This document shows positions 30,826 to 38,593 of a stretch of 64,000 bases of DNA, piece after piece. Below the pieces are notes generated by a model. That model searched no databases. It worked only from the letters and a program-made list of their open reading frames with translations, and was not told the origin of the DNA. The DNA lies in assembly GCA_007121555.1 (NCBI GenBank), contig SKKH01000022.1:130-64129 (forward strand), given 5' to 3'. Source of the DNA: Gemmatimonadota bacterium. GTDB lineage: Bacteria; Gemmatimonadota; Gemmatimonadetes; Longimicrobiales; Gaopeijiaceae. How positions within the stretch are numbered: the first letter of the stretch is position 1; each line of letters begins with the position of its first letter. The translations under genes and the position numbers were made by a program.

Positions 30826-31722
30826 TTACATGGATTCAGGTGGATTCGGGTCGGCCCCCCTCGCCGCGAACAGCGCGGTGAGTACCGCGCTCCGGGTCAG
30901 GAATCCGACGATCTCTCCGTCGCGCACGACGGGGAGTTGATCGGCGTTTCGGTTTGCGAGGAGTTGGGCCGCATCGTTCAGCGGCTCGTCGTCGGACACA
31001 CAGAGCACACTGCGGCTCATGATGTCCTCGGCCCGAGATGCCGATTTGGGTCCTTCCTCGGATCGACTGCGACTCCTGCCCGTTGCGGATTGGAGCCCGT
31101 AGCGGAGGACATCGCCGGCGGAGATCACACCCAGGACCTGCAGTCCTTCACCCACCACCGGGACAGCGGCAAGCTCCCGACGCACCACCAGGTCGAGAAC
31201 CTCGTCCATCGGGGTGTCGGGGTAGATGCGGTAGCTCAGCGGCGTCATCACGTCCTCCACCCGGAGGGGTCGTGACAGTCCCGCCTCCGTGAGCGGACGA
31301 ATGCCCAGGATCTGCTCCGCTCCGCCGGAGCGGAGGAGTGCCCGCTCGACCGCCGGAGCGAAGCAGGCCGTTTGAACCCGCCCCCGGGCTTCCGCGGTCA
31401 TCCCCACCGCATCGAGTAGGATCAGAATGCGGGGATGCGGGAGATCCGGGGAAGCCGACCCGCTGTCAGGATGGGGCTCCAGGGGCCGAGGAGCTACGCC
31501 CAGCGCCAGGAGGGGTTCCGACGCGCCCCCTTCCTCCCGACGGAGCGTCGCCAGGCACGATTGCCCCGAGGGGCTGACGGAAGGGGGTGAGGTGATCGAA
31601 ATCGATCCCTCCCCACCCTTCCGTCCCAACGTCGTCGCCAACTCCTCGAACCCAGCCCTGACCGAACGGGCCCGGAGTGGCACCCGGATCCGCTCGGGTG
31701 AGAGGAGATCTCCCAGCTTCAT
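30826..31722 (-). CDS. CBS-pair protein with a degenerate PTS-EIIA(Ntr)-like N-terminal domain
   Basis: The C-terminal half has two CBS repeats (VEDVMTP...AVPVV, AEDIMSRSV...QLPVV). The N-terminus LGDLLSPERIRVPLRARSVRAGFEELATTL resembles EIIA type-2 starts, but no GIAIPH-type histidine is seen. Confidence 0.55.
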   Translation of the reverse strand: MKLGDLLSPERIRVPLRARSVRAGFEELATTLGRKGGEGSISITSPPSVSPSGQSCLATLRREEGGASEPLLALGVAPRPLEPHPDSGSASPDLPHPRILILLDAVGMTAEARGRVQTACFAPAVERALLRSGGAEQILGIRPLTEAGLSRPLRVEDVMTPLSYRIYPDTPMDEVLDLVVRRELAAVPVVGEGLQVLGVISAGDVLRYGLQSATGRSRSRSEEGPKSASRAEDIMSRSVLCVSDDEPLNDAAQLLANRNADQLPVVRDGEIVGFLTRSAVLTALFAARGADPNPPESM

Positions 31723-31762
31723 GGCTCGCTGACGGCTCGGGCGCTTCCCAGAGGGAACGCGC

Positions 31763-32650
31763 TCAGCCCGCCAGCGCCTCCTGGATCAGAGCCCGGATAT
31801 CCACAGGTCGCTTGGCCACTGCGATTCCGTGTTCTTCAAAGACCTTCATCTTCTCTTCAGCCGTGCCCGCCGAGCCCGAGATGATCGCACCGGCATGGCC
31901 CATCTGACGTCCCGGGGGTGCGGTTTGTCCCGCGATGAACCCGACCACGGGAATCTCCAGGTGTTCCTGGACCCATGCGGCAGCTTCCTGCTCGTCGGTT
32001 CCCCCGATCTCTCCGATCATGACGATGGCCTCCGTGGCCGGATCCTCACCGAAGGCCCGGAGGGTGTCGATGAAGTTCGTGCCGATGATCGGATCGCCTC
32101 CGATCCCTACGCAGGTGGACTGGCCGATCCCGGCTTCGGTAAGCTGATTCACGGCCTCGTAGGTGAGGGTCCCGGACCGGGACACGACCCCAACGGGTCC
32201 AGGCGTGGTGATCTGGCCGGGAATGATTCCGACCTTGGCCACGCCCGGGGTGATGGCGCCGGGACAGTTGGGTCCCAGGAGTCGGGCCCCCCGGTCCTTC
32301 ACGAAGGCGTAGGTCCGGGTCATGTCCATGACCGGAATCCCCTCGGTGATCGCCACGATGAAGGCGATGCCCGCGTCCGCGGCCTCCATGATGGCTCCGG
32401 AGGCGAAGGCGGGTGGGACGTAGATCACGGAGGTGTTCGCTCCCTCCTTTTCCACCGCCTCCTCGACGGTGTTGAAGATGGGAACCGTGGTCCCGTTGTC
32501 GGCCGTGAAGGACTGCCCCCCCTTCCCCGGGGTCACTCCGGCCACGACCTGGGTGCCGTACTCCAACATCTGGTTGGTATGGAACGAGCCATCGCGTCCG
32601 GTAATCCCCTGGACCACGAGGCGGGTTGAATCATCGATGAAGATCGACAT
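31763..32650 (-). CDS. sucD: Succinyl-CoA synthetase alpha subunit
   Basis: [13 protein letters not shown], and [10 protein letters not shown] with the phosphohistidine. Confidence 0.95.
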   Translation of the reverse strand: MSIFIDDSTRLVVQGITGRDGSFHTNQMLEYGTQVVAGVTPGKGGQSFTADNGTTVPIFNTVEEAVEKEGANTSVIYVPPAFASGAIMEAADAGIAFIVAITEGIPVMDMTRTYAFVKDRGARLLGPNCPGAITPGVAKVGIIPGQITTPGPVGVVSRSGTLTYEAVNQLTEAGIGQSTCVGIGGDPIIGTNFIDTLRAFGEDPATEAIVMIGEIGGTDEQEAAAWVQEHLEIPVVGFIAGQTAPPGRQMGHAGAIISGSAGTAEEKMKVFEEHGIAVAKRPVDIRALIQEALAG

Positions 32651-32683
32651 ATCTGTATTCTCTCTCCCTGCCTATGAGTCGAT

Positions 32684-33820
32684 TCAGGCCTGTGCGGCCA
32701 GCTCCACGGCCTTCTCGACCACCTCATCCATCGAGGTGTATGCCGAGAAACCGGCCTCCTTGAGGATCTCCAGCGCCTCCGTCTCATTCGTGCCGGTGAG
32801 CCGGATCACGATGGGGGGCTGGATATCGATGCGACGGGCCGCCTCGACGATCCCGTTGGCCACGTCGTCGCACCGGGTGATTCCCCCGAAGATATTGAAG
32901 AGAATCGACTTCACACTGGGGTCGGCGGTGATGATCTCGAGGGCCGCCACCACCTTGTCCGGATTGGACGAGCCCCCGATGTCCAGGAAATTGGCGGGCT
33001 CTCCCCCGTAATACTTGACGAGATCCATGGTTGCCATGGCCAATCCGGCACCGTTCACGCAGCACCCCACGTCTCCCTCCAGCTTGACGAAGGAGAGTCC
33101 GGCCTCACGGGCCTTCGTCTCGGCAGCGGGTTCGGCATCCAGGTCCCGATACGCGGCCACTTCCGGGAGGCGGAAGAGGGCGCTCTCGTCGATGCTCACC
33201 TTCGCGTCGATGGCCTTCAGGTCCCCTTCGGGCGTCACGATGAGGGGATTGATCTCGGCCAGGGAGCAGGAGTTGGAGGTGAAGGCCTCGTAGAGCTGTC
33301 CCATCAGCTTCGTGGCCTGCTTCACCTGGGCCGGATCGTCGTAGAGGAAGGTGGCCAGGGAGTAGGCCTGGTGGGGGAGAAGTCCGTAGCGAGGATCGAT
33401 CCGGAGCTTCCGGATGGCCTCGGGCCGATTCTCCGCCACCTCCTCGATGTCCACCCCGCCCTCGGGAGACACCATGAACATGGGTCGCTGGGTCTCCCGA
33501 TCGATGAGGACGCTCGCGTAAGCCTCTGAGGCGATGTCCTCGATGGGGGTGACCAGCACCTTCTGCACCGTGAGATCCTTGATGGTCATGCCCAGGATCT
33601 TCGAGGCGTGCTCCCGGGCCTCCTCCGCGGAAGAGGCCAGCTTGACCCCTCCGGCCTTACCCCGCCCGCCGGCGTGGACCTGAGCCTTCACGACGACGCT
33701 TCCACCGTAGCGACGGGCGATCTCCTCGGCCTGCTCGGCTGTGGTGGCCACCTCCCCCGGCGGTACGGCGACTCCTGCCGCCCTGAAGAGCTCTTTGGCC
33801 TGGTATTCGTGGATGTCCAT
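32684..33820 (-). CDS. sucC: Succinyl-CoA synthetase beta subunit
   Basis: MDIHEYQAKELF start at the ATG at 33820. ATP-grasp domain. NIFGGITRCD motif. Confidence 0.95.
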   Translation of the reverse strand: MDIHEYQAKELFRAAGVAVPPGEVATTAEQAEEIARRYGGSVVVKAQVHAGGRGKAGGVKLASSAEEAREHASKILGMTIKDLTVQKVLVTPIEDIASEAYASVLIDRETQRPMFMVSPEGGVDIEEVAENRPEAIRKLRIDPRYGLLPHQAYSLATFLYDDPAQVKQATKLMGQLYEAFTSNSCSLAEINPLIVTPEGDLKAIDAKVSIDESALFRLPEVAAYRDLDAEPAAETKAREAGLSFVKLEGDVGCCVNGAGLAMATMDLVKYYGGEPANFLDIGGSSNPDKVVAALEIITADPSVKSILFNIFGGITRCDDVANGIVEAARRIDIQPPIVIRLTGTNETEALEILKEAGFSAYTSMDEVVEKAVELAAQA

Positions 33821-34073
33821 TCCGTCCCTTTGTGAATGTGCTGGGTCCGATTCACCCCTTCCCGGCCTTGGATCCGGGGAGGGCTCGTGGCAGCCTGGCC
33901 CCATGAGGATCGCAGGATCCGGGGTCCATAGCCTGCTCAAGGTAGACCTACGACCCATAGCGATCAAGGCGATTCCTCCGATGAGTCGAGCAGGGAATCA
34001 CCACAGGATGTTGCGCCCTGAAGGACGGGGTTGTAGTCTCGGCCCTGCTTCGAGACGATCCTACGACTTTCGA

Positions 34074-34120
34074 GTTCAATGGCGTCCTCTGGAAAGGCCC
34101 GCCATTGAACTTTGGTTTTT
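34074..34120 (+). terminator. Intrinsic-terminator-like hairpin plus T-run in the leader of the SusC-like gene
   Basis: Perfect 11-bp arms GTTCAATGGCG (34074-34084) and CGCCATTGAAC (34100-34110), a 15-nt loop, then TTTGGTTTTT. This is the most T-rich run in an otherwise GC-rich gap. Confidence 0.4.
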
Positions 34121-34264
34121 CGACGTTCACCCCCTGATTCGTGCCTGCTGGTTCGCTGCCGCCGCTCTCACCGAGATCTGCGGCAGGCGGAGCCATGCCC
34201 AGGCTCCACCTGGCTGTCACGTCCGCGCCTGAGACCCACTCCTCTCACCCTCACGAGGTACCGA

Positions 34265-37159
34265 ATGACGAGACTCCCTGGTCTGGCGGTCTTCAGTCTT
34301 CTCCTTTTCTGGATTTCCGGACCTCCGGCTCTCCACGCCTCCGGTCCACTCGACACCCCTCCCGACGACCTGACTCGCACGGGGACCATCACCGGTCAGA
34401 TTCTCGAAGAAGGCACTGGCCAGGGCATGGCCGGCGTCCAGGTCATGGTCGAGGGCACCGGCATCGGCACGGTGAGCGGCTCCGATGGATCCTACGAACT
34501 CGACAACGTGCCTAGCGGCGAGGTGGCCGTGGCGGCGGAGATGATCGGATTCGCCTCCCAGACTCGAACGGTCCAACTCGGAGCGGGGGAGACGGTGGAG
34601 GTGGACTTCGTGCTGGCCCCAGAAGCACTCGGCCTCGACGAGATCGTGGTCACCGGCACCGCCGGCGGCACGCAGCGCCGAGCGCTCGGAGCGAGCCTCT
34701 CGTCCATCGATGCGGAAAGTCTTACCGAGGTGGCCCCACTCACAAGCATGGAGCAACTTCTCCAGGGTCGAGCCGCTGGAGTCGTTGGACTGGGAACCAG
34801 TGGCACGGTAGGCGCCACCGGATCCCTGAACCTGCGCGGCATCACCTCCCTCACCCAGGGCGCACAGCCCCTCATCTACATCGACGGAATCCGCCTCGAG
34901 ACGAGCCGGGGAATGGTTTCCTCCGGAGAGGCGGTGAGCCGACTCGCCGACGTGAATCTCCAGGACATCGAACGAGTCGAGGTGATCCGGGGAGCCGCCG
35001 CCTCGACTCTCTACGGGAGTGAGGCCTCCTCCGGGGTCATTCAGATCTTCACGAAGTCCGGGACCACGGCGGATCCGGTTTACTCGCTGAGCACCCGGGT
35101 GGGGGCGAATCAGGTGCCCCGGAATTTTCCCCTCATGCACCCCGATCCCCAGTACCCTTCGGCCAACGACCTCCTCGAGACCGGGCTCTATCACCAGACC
35201 GATGCGTCGGTGAGGGGATCGGCGGGGATCGCCAACTACTACCTCTCCGGAAGCCACTCGTCCGATGAGGGAGGGATCCCGGGGAACTTCCACGACCGCT
35301 CGGGCATGAGGCTGAACCTGGGACTCAGCCCAGCAGAGGGATTCGAAGTGGACGTCCGGACCAACTTCGTCCGGAGTCAGGTCGGAACCCTCATCATGGA
35401 CAATGTGACCACCTCCGTCCTGGGCAACCTCATGCTTGGAAACCCGGTGGAGCTGGGCACCGACCGGGACCCCTACGGCGGTGCCTTCATGCCCATCGAC
35501 CATGCGCTGGAGCAGATCCGTCAGCAGGACACCTACCGTTTCATGGGGGGGACCACCCTCAGCCAACGGATGGGTGACCGCTTTACCCACCGTCTCACCC
35601 TGGGCCTGGATTTCTCCGATTCGGAGCAGCTCACGGCCTGGCCCTACTCCGAAGAGCTCTCCTTCCCGCGGTCCCAGCGGAACGTGACCCGGGAGCGGAA
35701 TACCCGCACCAACTTCGACTACGCCGGAACGCTCTTCTTCGGACTCGGCGAACGTTGGGACGGAGAGTTCGCCTTCGGTGCCCAGCTGGCGCAGCGTGAC
35801 CAGTCGGCCACCATCACCGAGGGGCTGGACTTCGCGGCTCCGGGGCTCGGACTCCTGGGAGGGACGGCCCAGCGCGACGCCGATGAATCGGAGCTGAACT
35901 ACGCGACCGGAGGCTTCTTCGTTCAGCAGCAGTTCGGATATGAGGACCGCGTCTTCGTCACCGCAGGACTCCGGGTGGACGGCTCGTCGGCCTTCGGTGA
36001 CGACTTCGGTCTCCAGCCCTATCCGAAGGTAAGCGGCTCGTGGGTTCTCTCCGAGTCGGACTGGTTCCATGTGCCCTGGGTGACCTCTCTTCGATTCCGG
36101 GGCGGAGTCGGGATGGCCGGAATGCAGCCCGGGGCGTTCGACGCCCAGCGCACGTACGAGCCCTTCAACCATGTGGGTGGCCAGGTGGCGATCCGTCAGG
36201 CGACCCTCGGGAACCCGGATCTCGCCCCAGAGGTGAGCCGGGAGATCGAAGGTGGATTCGAGGGAAGCTTCTTCGAGGATCGGATGGAGCTGGAGTTCAC
36301 CTTCTACGACCAGTCCACCTCGGACCTCCTGGTGAGCCGCTCCTTCCCTGCCTCCGCCGGATTCACGGCGAACCAGCTCACGAACGTGGGGGAGATGCAG
36401 AACCGGGGCGTCGAGCTCACATTGAACGGCGTGGTCCACCAGCGAGCCGGTCTGGAGTGGCGGATGGGGGCTACGTACTCCTTCAACTCCAACGAGATGG
36501 GGGACATGGAGGGCCTGTCCAGCATCGAGGTGGACCGGTTCGGCACCTGGATCGTCGAGGGATACGAAGTGCCCTCCAAGTGGGGAATCGTGTCGGAGGG
36601 GGTGGACGAGGAAGGCATCCCGATTCCCTCGGCCGAGGAGCAGTACATCGGACCGGCCATGCCCCCGCACAACGGCTCGCTCCGGTCGGAGTTGACCTGG
36701 GATCGACTGCACCTCTTCGCGAACGCCCAGTGGGCCGTGGGACACTACGTGACCTACCTGGGTCGCCCCTTCATGATCAACTCGGCCACCGGGGCGGAAT
36801 ACTACGACACCCTCATTGAGGCCGGTGGAGACACCGATGCACCTGAGGTGCGGGCGCTTCGGGCCCAGGCCGCCTGTTGTCCCGGCGACTTCGTGGAGCC
36901 GGGCGACTGGCTCAAGCTCCGAGAGCTGGGTGCCTCCTATACCCTCCCTTCCCGCTGGATGGGCGGTGGAGACCACCGGCGAAGCCTCCGGGTGTTCGCC
37001 AGCGGGCGGAATCTCCTGACCTTCACCGGCTACTCCGGGACGGACCCGGAGATCGGAGCTCAGTTCGGTGACGACGACACCGGGCTGCGTGTGAGTTCCG
37101 AGTTCTTCTCCCTTCCCCAGCGACGTCAGCTGGTGATGGGACTGGACCTGAGGTTCTGA
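34265..37159 (+). CDS. SusC/RagA-type TonB-dependent outer-membrane receptor with N-terminal carboxypeptidase-regulatory-like domain
   Basis: Signal peptide MTRLPGLAVFSLLLFWISGPPALHA. CarbopepD_reg-like segment GTITGQILEE...GSYELDNVPSGEVAV. Plug domain (DEIVVTGTAGG, LQGRAAGV, DIERVEVIRGAAASTLYGSEASSGVIQIFTK). Terminal aromatic residue (LRF). Confidence 0.85.
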   Translation: MTRLPGLAVFSLLLFWISGPPALHASGPLDTPPDDLTRTGTITGQILEEGTGQGMAGVQVMVEGTGIGTVSGSDGSYELDNVPSGEVAVAAEMIGFASQTRTVQLGAGETVEVDFVLAPEALGLDEIVVTGTAGGTQRRALGASLSSIDAESLTEVAPLTSMEQLLQGRAAGVVGLGTSGTVGATGSLNLRGITSLTQGAQPLIYIDGIRLETSRGMVSSGEAVSRLADVNLQDIERVEVIRGAAASTLYGSEASSGVIQIFTKSGTTADPVYSLSTRVGANQVPRNFPLMHPDPQYPSANDLLETGLYHQTDASVRGSAGIANYYLSGSHSSDEGGIPGNFHDRSGMRLNLGLSPAEGFEVDVRTNFVRSQVGTLIMDNVTTSVLGNLMLGNPVELGTDRDPYGGAFMPIDHALEQIRQQDTYRFMGGTTLSQRMGDRFTHRLTLGLDFSDSEQLTAWPYSEELSFPRSQRNVTRERNTRTNFDYAGTLFFGLGERWDGEFAFGAQLAQRDQSATITEGLDFAAPGLGLLGGTAQRDADESELNYATGGFFVQQQFGYEDRVFVTAGLRVDGSSAFGDDFGLQPYPKVSGSWVLSESDWFHVPWVTSLRFRGGVGMAGMQPGAFDAQRTYEPFNHVGGQVAIRQATLGNPDLAPEVSREIEGGFEGSFFEDRMELEFTFYDQSTSDLLVSRSFPASAGFTANQLTNVGEMQNRGVELTLNGVVHQRAGLEWRMGATYSFNSNEMGDMEGLSSIEVDRFGTWIVEGYEVPSKWGIVSEGVDEEGIPIPSAEEQYIGPAMPPHNGSLRSELTWDRLHLFANAQWAVGHYVTYLGRPFMINSATGAEYYDTLIEAGGDTDAPEVRALRAQAACCPGDFVEPGDWLKLRELGASYTLPSRWMGGGDHRRSLRVFASGRNLLTFTGYSGTDPEIGAQFGDDDTGLRVSSEFFSLPQRRQLVMGLDLRF

Positions 37160-37240
37160 TCCATGCGACCCACAACGAGGCCGACGACCGTATTCGCCGA
37201 CTCTTCACACCCCAGCTTCAGAGAGAATCGTACAGACTCC

Positions 37241-38452
37241 ATGACTTCCATTTCAAACCGCGCACCTCGCGGTCGGAGAAGCACCCCGCTGATCCTGGCC
37301 GCCCTCCTCGCACTCGTCGGATGCGACAGCTCCATCTTCGAAGCCGACGATCCGGGGAGCATCACCGAGGACGGACTGGATACCCCAGCCGCCCTGAACG
37401 CTCTGGTGACCGGAGTCATGGGCAGCTACAACAACGCCTATGACAACGTCGTCTTCTACACGGGCGTGGGCTCCGACGAATTGCTCGGTGGTGACACCAG
37501 CGAGCCCATCAACGCAGCGAGCCGCAGGGGCGAATACCTGAACTTCGCCGGTGCCGGATCCCGGATCGTCCCGGTGAACCTCTGGAATCCGCTCCACTCC
37601 GCCCGCTTCCTGGCCGAGGAGACCTTCCCCCGGCTCATGGAGGGCCTCCCGGACGCCGAGTCGGACCCCCGTCCGGGAATCGTCCGGCTGTATGGAGGGA
37701 TGACCTATCTCAATATCGCGGAGATCTTCTGCGAAGCCGCCTACGACGGTGGGCCTGCCGTGCCGCAGGAGGAGTCCTACCAGCTGGCGAGCGAACGGCT
37801 CGGTGAAGCGATCGCGTTGGCCCAGCGGGCGGGAGCGGACTCGGTCGCCCAGATGGCTCACCTCCAGCGGGCCCGGGCCCGCCTTGCCACGGGGGACCTG
37901 GAGGGTGCCCTGGAGGACGCTGGTGCCGTCCCTGACGGGTTCAACTGGATGGCCGTCTACCGTTCGGCCTCCGGCGAGGAGAACCTCGTCTACAACAACC
38001 AGAACGTGAACGGGTTCGCAGTCGTGAACGAGGCGTACCGGGAGTTGGACGACCCACGCGTGCCCGTGGTGAGGGGTGAGGGGAATACACCCGACGGCCA
38101 GATCCCCAGGTGGAACCAGCTCAGGTACCCGGACCGGGGCGCCGACATGCCCATCGGAAACTGGCAGGAGGCCCGCCTCATCCAGGCTGAGGTGCTCATG
38201 GAGCTGGGAAGCTTCGAGCCCGCCCTGGAGCTCTTGAACCAGGTCCGTGCTGCGGCGGGTCTGGATCCCCTTTCCACCGATCTCACGGGGGAGGCGGCCG
38301 TCGACGCGATGCGCACGGAGCGCAAGTACGAGCTCTTTCTCGTGAACGCCCACCGGTTGGTGGACATGAGGCGCTGGGACCTGTACGAGGACGGATGGGA
38401 GGAGTGCGTTCCCATCCCCTACACCGAGGTCCAGGACAACGACAACCTCTGA
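37241..38452 (+). CDS. SusD/RagB-family outer-membrane lipoprotein
   Basis: Lipobox LLALVGC. Lies immediately downstream of the SusC-like gene. TPR-like helical content and ERKYELF-type motifs. Confidence 0.75.
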   Translation: MTSISNRAPRGRRSTPLILAALLALVGCDSSIFEADDPGSITEDGLDTPAALNALVTGVMGSYNNAYDNVVFYTGVGSDELLGGDTSEPINAASRRGEYLNFAGAGSRIVPVNLWNPLHSARFLAEETFPRLMEGLPDAESDPRPGIVRLYGGMTYLNIAEIFCEAAYDGGPAVPQEESYQLASERLGEAIALAQRAGADSVAQMAHLQRARARLATGDLEGALEDAGAVPDGFNWMAVYRSASGEENLVYNNQNVNGFAVVNEAYRELDDPRVPVVRGEGNTPDGQIPRWNQLRYPDRGADMPIGNWQEARLIQAEVLMELGSFEPALELLNQVRAAAGLDPLSTDLTGEAAVDAMRTERKYELFLVNAHRLVDMRRWDLYEDGWEECVPIPYTEVQDNDNL

Positions 38453-38471
38453 CATCGAGCCGAACGTCCGG

Positions 38472-38521
38472 CCCGCTGTGGAGGCGGGGATGCCGTCCGT
38501 AGCATCCCCGTCCCCACAGCG
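38472..38521. terminator. Long GC hairpin between convergent genes (SusD-like and UPF0182)
   Basis: CCGCTGTGG-A-GGCGGGGATGC, loop CGTCCGTA, then GCATCCCCGTCC-CCACAGCGG. About 21 paired positions with one mismatch and one G-T pair. No T-run. Confidence 0.4.
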
Positions 38522-38593
38522 GTTCGGTCTCCAGTGTGATCCGTCAGAGATTCGGCGAGGGACCGAGGGGCCCGGCGCGCCAGACTACGTGCC

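Noticed and set aside
33821-34264. Cobalamin or TPP riboswitch upstream of the TonB-dependent receptor.
   Set aside because: I found no B12 box (GCCACTG), no THI-box-like CTGAGA...ACCTGATCTGGATAATGCCAGCG arrangement, and no other consensus element recognisable by eye. Only the generic terminator-like hairpin is reported.
34217-36976. 919-aa ORF antisense to the SusC-like gene. Similar long antisense or out-of-frame ORFs occur at 6737-8308, 41100-42989, 44492-46156, 46713-48272 and 59480-61363.
   Set aside because: These translations are rich in Arg/Gly/Pro/His and low in complexity, with no recognisable motifs. Each lies opposite a gene with strong family motifs. This is the usual stop-codon-poor artefact of GC-rich DNA.
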